A stretch of DNA of 64,000 bases from Escherichia coli (lineage in GTDB: Bacteria > Pseudomonadota > Gammaproteobacteria > Enterobacterales > Enterobacteriaceae): NCBI RefSeq assembly GCF_044324785.1, contig NZ_CP172127.1, one strand, 5' to 3'. The position numbers and the translations under genes were made by a program. The notes beneath the pieces are model-generated. The model worked only from the letters and a program-made list of their open reading frames with translations. It did not search any database and was not told the origin of the DNA. Of the stretch, positions 57,490-64,000 are shown one piece after another (the first letter of the stretch is position 1; each line of letters begins with the position of its first letter).

Positions 57490-58299
57490 TTATTTATCAA
57501 CCTCCACAATGTTTAATTGTGGAAATTGTGTTCGATACCGAGTATCTGTACAAACATTAGTCACCAGAATATCGATTTCATCCAGCGTGCATATTTTACT
57601 AAATGCATACTGTTCAAACTTACTGGAGTCGACCAGCAATATTTTTTGTCCTGACACCTGAAGCATCACCTGTTTAAGTCTGGCATTAATTTCACTGCCA
57701 TCGCGGACACCATTCCCCAGATTCAACCCCTGGCATGAAAAGAAAAAACTGTTGATTTGAAAATTTCGGATCGCCCCCTCTGCAACCGGGCCATGAAAAT
57801 CATCATGTCGCTCAGAATACTCACCACCGATACCAATAATTCGAACTCGATCACGGCAAGCCAACGCCTGAATTATCCGTAATGAATTTGTAACTACAGT
57901 AACATCTATATCGGGAATTTGACGAGCTAAAAACCAACAAGTACTACTGTTATCCATTAAAATACAATCACCAGGGTGAATAAATTGCAATGCGGCCTTC
58001 GCAATTCTGGCTTTTATATCAGGATTTTCTTCAGTCCGTTTACGGAATGATTCCGCACGATCGATACTATTATCTTGCCACGCATTATCGGCGAGCATAA
58101 CCGGAGCGCTATCAGATGAATCCAGAGCGACCGCGCCACCAAAGCTACGGATTAACTTTTTGTTGCGCTCCAGTACCGTTAAATCCCGACGAATTGTCTC
58201 AGGAGACGCTTTAAATAATCGTGATAATTCTGTTACCTGTACAGCACCTTGTTTTTGTACATGTGCGCATATCATTTTATGGCGCTCTGCCTGCAACAT
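57490..58299 (-). CDS. DeoR-family transcriptional regulator (sugar-phosphate sensing type)
   Basis: 269 aa; N-terminal HTH (VTELSRLFKASPETIRRDLTVLE) and C-terminal DeoR-C sugar-phosphate binding domain. Confidence 0.85.
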   Translation of the reverse strand: MLQAERHKMICAHVQKQGAVQVTELSRLFKASPETIRRDLTVLERNKKLIRSFGGAVALDSSDSAPVMLADNAWQDNSIDRAESFRKRTEENPDIKARIAKAALQFIHPGDCILMDNSSTCWFLARQIPDIDVTVVTNSLRIIQALACRDRVRIIGIGGEYSERHDDFHGPVAEGAIRNFQINSFFFSCQGLNLGNGVRDGSEINARLKQVMLQVSGQKILLVDSSKFEQYAFSKICTLDEIDILVTNVCTDTRYRTQFPQLNIVEVDK

Positions 58300-58752
58300 A
58301 GTATCGGTCCGTTATTATCAAATTAGCATGCTTATATAATTAACTGTTCCCTCATAAAATAAAGTGATAGGAATCAAGATTCATTTTATAAATATAATCG
58401 CAAACAGAAATGGTGATCTTTACCACAAATTAAATTGAGAATATTCTACTATTGGACATTTTTTTGAGATATACGTCACTAAATAAGCTTTATTCTGTCA
58501 CCTGACGAAAAATTTAAATGCAAAAACAAAAATAATCGGGCATAGCAATCTCTTCCATTCATGACCGAATACGCCCGAATAAAACCGTTTACGCCCACTT
58601 ACCCTCTTTCATTGCCTTCTTACATGCCTTGAATATTTTACATTTCTTATATTCAGCGTAATTTAGGCAACATAATTTACGAGCAAAAATAGCCAAAACC
58701 CAAAAGTTAAAGTTTATTTATATAATACATACAGATTATCGTGGAGTTAAAA

Positions 58753-59435
58753 ATGGATACGCTAAAGGAAAAAGTTCTTGCTGCGAATTTATCACTACCC
58801 CTTCATCAGTTAGTGACGTTTACCTGGGGAAATGTTAGCGGTATTGATCGCGAAAAAGGTGTCATGGTTATTAAACCTTCTGGGGTCGAATACAGCCAAA
58901 TGGGCAGGTGGTAGTGGATTTACAAAGTGGTGAAGTTATTGATGGACACAGGAAACCCTCTTCAGACACAGATACTCATCTGGCGCTATACCGTGCTTTC
59001 CCGGATATTGGAGGTATCGTTCATACCCATTCCCGACACGCCACAATATGGGCTCAGGCCGGAAAAGATCTCACGGCCTTTGGGACAACCCATGCAGATT
59101 ATTTCTACGGCACTATCCCCTGTACACGCCCCATGAAGGATGACGAAATTAATGGACAATATGAATATGAAACGGGGCGAGTGATTATTGAAACGTTCAG
59201 GCAACGAGAAATATCTCCCGCTGACATTCCGGCTGTTTTAGTAAACAGTCATGGCCCCTTTGCCTGGGGAACTGATCCCGCGAACGCCGTGCATAACGCC
59301 GTTGTACTTGAAGAAATCGCCTATATGAATCTCTTTACACAACAGCTACACCCCCATCTTACGGCTATTCAACAGCCTCTACTGGATAAGCATTTTTTAC
59401 GCAAGCATGGTGCCAATGCTTATTACGGGCAGTAA
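58753..59435 (+). pseudogene. L-ribulose-5-phosphate 4-epimerase (AraD/SgbE/UlaF class II aldolase family), apparent frameshift
   Basis: Frame 1 [51 protein letters not shown] then stop at 58910..58912; continues in another frame [21 protein letters not shown]...[14 protein letters not shown]...[18 protein letters not shown]. Confidence 0.8.
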
Positions 59436-59484
59436 CCCTCTAAGCATGGCCTGGCGTTTTGCCAGGCCACGAATCGCCCAGGAC

Positions 59485-60858
59485 TTACCCCAACCGCGCC
59501 CTTGCAAAAGCAATCGCCTGCGCCACCTGCTGCGGTGAGACGCCGCCTTTTGCAGCACGCTTGTCGAGGCACGATTGCAGCGACAGAATCGGATAGACAT
59601 CTTCGCCAATCACCTGGCTGAATTTCTGCAACTCACTGAGCGGCAGATCTTCCAGCGGTTTGCCCTGACGAATGGCTTCCACCACCGCTTCACCAACAAT
59701 ATGGTGCGCCTCGCGGAACGGTACGCCTTTCGCCACCAGGTAATCCGCCAGTTCAGTGGCGTTCGCATACCCCTGCTGCGCCGCTTCCTGGCAACGTGGA
59801 CATTTCACCTGAATGCCGTCCAGCACCAGCGCCGCCATATGCAAGCAGTCCAGCCAGGTATCGAGCGCGTCGAACAGACCTTCTTTGTCTTCCTGCATAT
59901 CTTTGTTGTAAGCCAGCGGCAAACCTTTCAGCGTCATCATCATGCCGGTTAACGCCCCCTGCACCCGACCGCATTTACCGCGAATCAGCTCCAGCGCATC
60001 CGGGTTTTTCTTCTGCGGCATTAATGATGAACCTGAAGTCACGCGGTCAGAAAGCTCCACAAATCCCGCTTCGCCGGTGTTAAAGAAAATCAGATCTTCA
60101 GCAAAACGCGACAGATGCACCATGCCGATAGCGGCAGCAGAAAGCAGTTCCAGCACATGATCACGGTCAGAAACGCTGTCGAGACTGTTACGGGTCGCCG
60201 AAGCAAAGCCCAGCCAGCCTGCTAACTGTTCACGGTCGATTTCATAGGCCGTTCCCGCCAGTGCGCCACAGCCTAACGGGCTGACATCCAGACGCTTAAG
60301 CGCGTCCTGCAAACGGCTTTCATCACGCGCCAGCATCTCAACGTAGGCCAGGCACCAGTGCGCGAAAGTCACCGGTTGAGCGCGTTGCAGGTGGGTGTAA
60401 CCTGGCATTACCGCGTCCTGATTGTTTTGTGCGGTTTCCACCAGCGCCGATTGCAGCTGCCGGTTAGCCGTCAGTAACTCGCTAACGGTATCTTTGCACC
60501 ACAGTTTCAGGTCAGTCGCGACCTGGTCATTACGGCTACGCCCGGTGTGCAGTTTTTTGCCTAACTGACCCACTTTGTCGATCAATTTGCCTTCCACCCA
60601 GCTATGGATATCTTCGGCGTCGCTTTCAAGGATTTGTTGTGGCCTGGCGCGAACATCTTCCAGCAGCACGTTCAGCGCCTCTTCCAGTTGCGCCTGTTCT
60701 TCTGCGGTCAACACACCGACCGTTACCAGGGCTTTGGACCAGGCCACAGAGCCAACAATATCCTGCTCCGCCAGACGGTAATCAAAGCGCAGTGAGTCGT
60801 TGAATTGTTTGAACCGTTGATCTGCTGCCTGGGTAAAACGCCCGCCCCAAAGTGCCAT
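59485..60858 (-). CDS. argH: argininosuccinate lyase
   Basis: 457 aa [44 protein letters not shown]... Confidence 0.97.
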   Translation of the reverse strand: MALWGGRFTQAADQRFKQFNDSLRFDYRLAEQDIVGSVAWSKALVTVGVLTAEEQAQLEEALNVLLEDVRARPQQILESDAEDIHSWVEGKLIDKVGQLGKKLHTGRSRNDQVATDLKLWCKDTVSELLTANRQLQSALVETAQNNQDAVMPGYTHLQRAQPVTFAHWCLAYVEMLARDESRLQDALKRLDVSPLGCGALAGTAYEIDREQLAGWLGFASATRNSLDSVSDRDHVLELLSAAAIGMVHLSRFAEDLIFFNTGEAGFVELSDRVTSGSSLMPQKKNPDALELIRGKCGRVQGALTGMMMTLKGLPLAYNKDMQEDKEGLFDALDTWLDCLHMAALVLDGIQVKCPRCQEAAQQGYANATELADYLVAKGVPFREAHHIVGEAVVEAIRQGKPLEDLPLSELQKFSQVIGEDVYPILSLQSCLDKRAAKGGVSPQQVAQAIAFARARLG

Positions 60859-60918
60859 AACTCTGTTTCCTTATTTTGAAATTCAATGCCGGAAAGCTGC
60901 GCCTCCGGCCAACAAAAC

Positions 60919-61695
60919 TTAAGCTAAAATCCGCGTACCCATCGGCATACCGTTAAACAGTGCCGGAAGCTGTTCCGCATGACGCCAGGAGGCGATATCC
61001 ACCGGGCGGCCCAGCGTGCGTGCAGCATCCAGCGCCGCGTTCACTTTCACTATCATGCCGTCAGTAATAATGCCCTGCTCAATCAGTTGTTCTGCTTTCG
61101 CGGCGGTCATTTCGGCAATGCGTTGCCCTTTGCCGTCGAGAATGCCACTGACGTCGGAGAGCAAAATCAGATCCGCGCCCAGCGTTGCCGCCAGCGCCGT
61201 TGCCGCCTGATCGGCATTGACGTTCATCAGTTGCCCTTCGTCTGTTACGCCAATGGAGCTGACCACCGGTAGATAACCGTTCTCCAGCAAGGAGTTGATA
61301 AGCTTAGGCGAACCTGGCTGCGCCAGTCCAACATGGCCTAACTCTTCATCAAGCTGGGTCACTTTGACGCTGTCGCCGTCACCGAGAAACAAACCTACGG
61401 CCGCAATCTGATGTTTCTTCGCCCATGCCAGCAGGGTTTTATTTGCCGTTCCCGCCAGTGCTCCGGTGATAATGTCAATCTGATCAGCAGGCGTCACCCG
61501 CAGGCCGTTTTTCTTTTTCACCGGCAGATTCAGCCCTTTCATCAGCTCATCCACCACGCAACCGCCGCCGTGCACAATCACCAGCGGACGCTGATGTGAC
61601 ACACGATAATTCACCAGTGCACTAAACAGACGTTCCAGCGCCTCTTCACTATCCAGCAGTACGCCGCCCAGTTTGATAATTAATGGATTCATCAT
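60919..61695 (-). CDS. argB: acetylglutamate kinase
   Basis: 258 aa from [24 protein letters not shown] (internal Met of ORF ending 61728). Confidence 0.95.
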   Translation of the reverse strand: MMNPLIIKLGGVLLDSEEALERLFSALVNYRVSHQRPLVIVHGGGCVVDELMKGLNLPVKKKNGLRVTPADQIDIITGALAGTANKTLLAWAKKHQIAAVGLFLGDGDSVKVTQLDEELGHVGLAQPGSPKLINSLLENGYLPVVSSIGVTDEGQLMNVNADQAATALAATLGADLILLSDVSGILDGKGQRIAEMTAAKAEQLIEQGIITDGMIVKVNAALDAARTLGRPVDIASWRHAEQLPALFNGMPMGTRILA

Positions 61696-61702
61696 TGCAC
61701 CC

Positions 61703-62707
61703 TTAAATAAGAGACTGCGTTTCCGCATAGCCGAAACGAATATTGGCGCACTGTACCGCTTGTGCCGCCGCGCCTTTCAGTAAGTTGTCTTCGGTCGCCA
61801 CAATAATCAGATGCTCGCCCTGAACGGCAAACCCGATATCGCAAAATGGCAGCCCAACGACATTTTTCAGCGCCGGAACGCCTTTGTCATACAGTCGCAC
61901 CAGCGGTTTATGGGCATACGCCTGCTGTAACACTTGCGCGACTTGCGCCTGGGTCACACCCGGTTTCAGGCGGCAGGTAATGGTTTCGAGAATGCCGCGC
62001 GGGAAATTGCCCAGATGCGGGGTGAAGATAACGTCAGCACCGAGGTGTGTGGCGATCTCTGGTTGATGGCGATGGGTAAAGACGCCATACGGTTGCAGGC
62101 TAACTTCACAAAAACTATTTGAAATCGCTGCCTTACGTCCTGCACCGCTCACGCCGCTGGTGGCGTTGATTACCGGCCACTGATTGAGGTCAAGAAGATC
62201 GGCATCAATCAACGGTTTCAGCGCCAGCTGTGCCGCCGTCGGATAACAGCCTGGCACGGCAATCAAGTTCGCTTCTTTTAATTTATTACCGCACCACTCC
62301 GCCAGACCGTAGGCTGCCTGTTCCAGCAGTTCCGGATACTGATGGGTAAAGCCGTAATATTTTTCATAGAAGGTGGCGTCGTTAACACGAAACGCGCCGG
62401 AAAGGTCGAACACCACGCAGCCCGCTTCAAGAAATTGCGGCGCTAAATCGTGGCTAACTTCATGGGCGGTGGCGAGAAACACCACGTCCACCCCTGGGCT
62501 AAACTCGCTGATATCCGACATCGGCTGCAACGGCAGATCAACGATGCCTTTGAGCTGCGGATGCAAATCGGAGATTAACTTTCCCGCATCATTGCTTTGC
62601 GCTGAAACAGTCAAAGCGGTTATGTTCATATGCGGATGGCGATTTACATAGGTCACTAGCTCTGCGCCAGCGTAGCCGCTGGCACCCACAATCAGCGTAT
62701 TCAACAT
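61703..62707 (-). CDS. argC: N-acetyl-gamma-glutamyl-phosphate reductase
   Basis: 334 aa [54 protein letters not shown]... Confidence 0.96.
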   Translation of the reverse strand: MLNTLIVGASGYAGAELVTYVNRHPHMNITALTVSAQSNDAGKLISDLHPQLKGIVDLPLQPMSDISEFSPGVDVVFLATAHEVSHDLAPQFLEAGCVVFDLSGAFRVNDATFYEKYYGFTHQYPELLEQAAYGLAEWCGNKLKEANLIAVPGCYPTAAQLALKPLIDADLLDLNQWPVINATSGVSGAGRKAAISNSFCEVSLQPYGVFTHRHQPEIATHLGADVIFTPHLGNFPRGILETITCRLKPGVTQAQVAQVLQQAYAHKPLVRLYDKGVPALKNVVGLPFCDIGFAVQGEHLIIVATEDNLLKGAAAQAVQCANIRFGYAETQSLI

Positions 62708-62860
62708 CGGGGCTATTCACCTTCTTATGTCTGGTTGCCAGGTTAAACGTAAAACATTCACCTTACGGCTGGTGGGTTTTATTACGCTCAACGTTAGTGT
62801 ATTTTTATTCATAAATACTGCATGAATATTGATACTATCATGACCAGAGGTGTGTCAACA
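62708..62860. promoter_or_regulatory. argE / argCBH divergent control region (ArgR-regulated)
   Basis: AT-rich intergenic region between divergent argC and argE starts. Confidence 0.6.
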
Positions 62861-64000
62861 ATGAAAAACAAATTACCGCCATTTATCGAGATTTACCGTG
62901 CTCTGATTGCCACACCTTCAATAAGCGCCACGGAAGAGGCACTCGATCAAAGCAATGCAGATTTAATCACTCTGCTGGCGGACTGGTTTAAAGATTTAGG
63001 CTTCAATGTGGAAGTGCAGCCTGTGCCAGGAACTCGCAACAAATTTAATATGCTGGCAAGTATCGGACAGGGGGCTGGCGGTTTGTTGCTGGCGGGGCAT
63101 ACCGATACGGTGCCATTTGATGACGGACGCTGGACGCGCGATCCGTTTACACTGACGGAGCATGACGGCAAGCTTTACGGCTTAGGCACCGCCGACATGA
63201 AAGGCTTTTTTGCGTTTATCCTTGATGCGCTACGCGATGTCGACGTCACGAAACTGAAAAAACCGCTCTACATTCTGGCGACTGCCGATGAAGAAACCAG
63301 TATGGCCGGAGCGCGTTATTTTGCCGAAACTACCGCCCTGCGCCCGGATTGCGCCATCATTGGCGAACCGACGTCACTACAACCGGTACGTGCACATAAA
63401 GGTCATATCTCTAACGCCATCCGTATTCAGGGCCAGTCGGGCCACTCCAGCGATCCAGCACGCGGAGTTAACGCTATCGAACTGATGCACGACGCCATCG
63501 GGCATATTTTGCAATTGCGCGATAACCTGAAAGAACGCTATCACTACGACGCGTTTACCGTGCCATACCCTACGCTCAACCTCGGGCATATCCACGGTGG
63601 CGATGCATCTAACCGTATTTGCGCTTGTTGTGAGTTGCATATGGATATTCGTCCGCTGCCAGGCATGACACTCAATGAACTTAATGGCCTACTCAACGAT
63701 GCGCTGGCTCCGGTGAGCGAACGCTGGCCGGGTCGTCTGACGGTCGACGAGCTGCATCCGCCGATCCCTGGCTATGAATGCCCGCCAAATCATCAACTGG
63801 TTGAAGTAGTTGAGAAATTGCTCGGAGCAAAGACCGAAGTGGTGAATTACTGTACCGAAGCGCCGTTTATTCAAACGTTATGCCCGACGCTGGTTCTGGG
63901 CCCTGGCTCAATTAATCAGGCTCATCAGCCTGATGAATATCTGGAGACGCGGTTTATCAAGCCCACCCGCGAACTGATAACCCAGGTAATTCACCATTTT
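62861..64000 (+). CDS. argE: acetylornithine deacetylase, 3' end beyond window
   Basis: Open frame from ATG 62861 ([35 protein letters not shown]...) to window end with no stop; not in the ORF list because it is unterminated. Confidence 0.93.
   Translation, partial: MKNKLPPFIEIYRALIATPSISATEEALDQSNADLITLLADWFKDLGFNVEVQPVPGTRNKFNMLASIGQGAGGLLLAGHTDTVPFDDGRWTRDPFTLTEHDGKLYGLGTADMKGFFAFILDALRDVDVTKLKKPLYILATADEETSMAGARYFAETTALRPDCAIIGEPTSLQPVRAHKGHISNAIRIQGQSGHSSDPARGVNAIELMHDAIGHILQLRDNLKERYHYDAFTVPYPTLNLGHIHGGDASNRICACCELHMDIRPLPGMTLNELNGLLNDALAPVSERWPGRLTVDELHPPIPGYECPPNHQLVEVVEKLLGAKTEVVNYCTEAPFIQTLCPTLVLGPGSINQAHQPDEYLETRFIKPTRELITQVIHHF

Larger units (their letters stand above)
46510..59484. 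other. accessory genomic island between oxyS and argH (two modules, IS1-marked)
   Basis: oxyS and argH are close neighbours in K-12 by recall; here about 13 kb of transporter/sugar-catabolism genes, an IS1 and AT-rich spacers lie between them. Confidence 0.8.

Overview
This window is an Escherichia coli / Shigella-type chromosomal segment matching the K-12 purD–argE region (about 90 min) in reverse orientation, with a roughly 13 kb accessory insertion between oxyS and argH. All gene calls rest on reading the translated ORFs and recalled family motifs; no database search was run. The core part runs purD (partial), zraRS/zraP, yjaH, hupA, yjaG, nfi, hemE, nudC, rsd, thiCEFSGH (with TPP riboswitch), rpoC, rpoB, rplL, rplJ, rplA, rplK, nusG, secE, tufB, four tRNAs, coaA, birA, murB, a complete rrnB-type rRNA operon, murI, btuB (with B12 riboswitch), trmA, yijD, fabR, sthA, oxyR and oxyS, then argH, argB, argC and argE (partial). 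The insertion (about 46510..59484) has two modules. Module 1 is an MFS acid-sugar transporter plus an RspA/ManD-family dehydratase that is split by a complete IS1 with a perfect 9-bp target duplication. Module 2 is a DeoR-regulated ABC importer operon carrying an L-xylulokinase-like kinase and a UlaE/SgbU-like 3-epimerase, with a divergent AraD/SgbE-like 4-epimerase that appears frameshifted. A degenerate second copy of the oxyS 3' region sits between the two modules. I found no CRISPR array, phage genes or recognisable defence system; the most interesting material is the composite island, its pseudo-oxyS boundary and its predicted L-xylulose-type pentulose pathway of unknown substrate.
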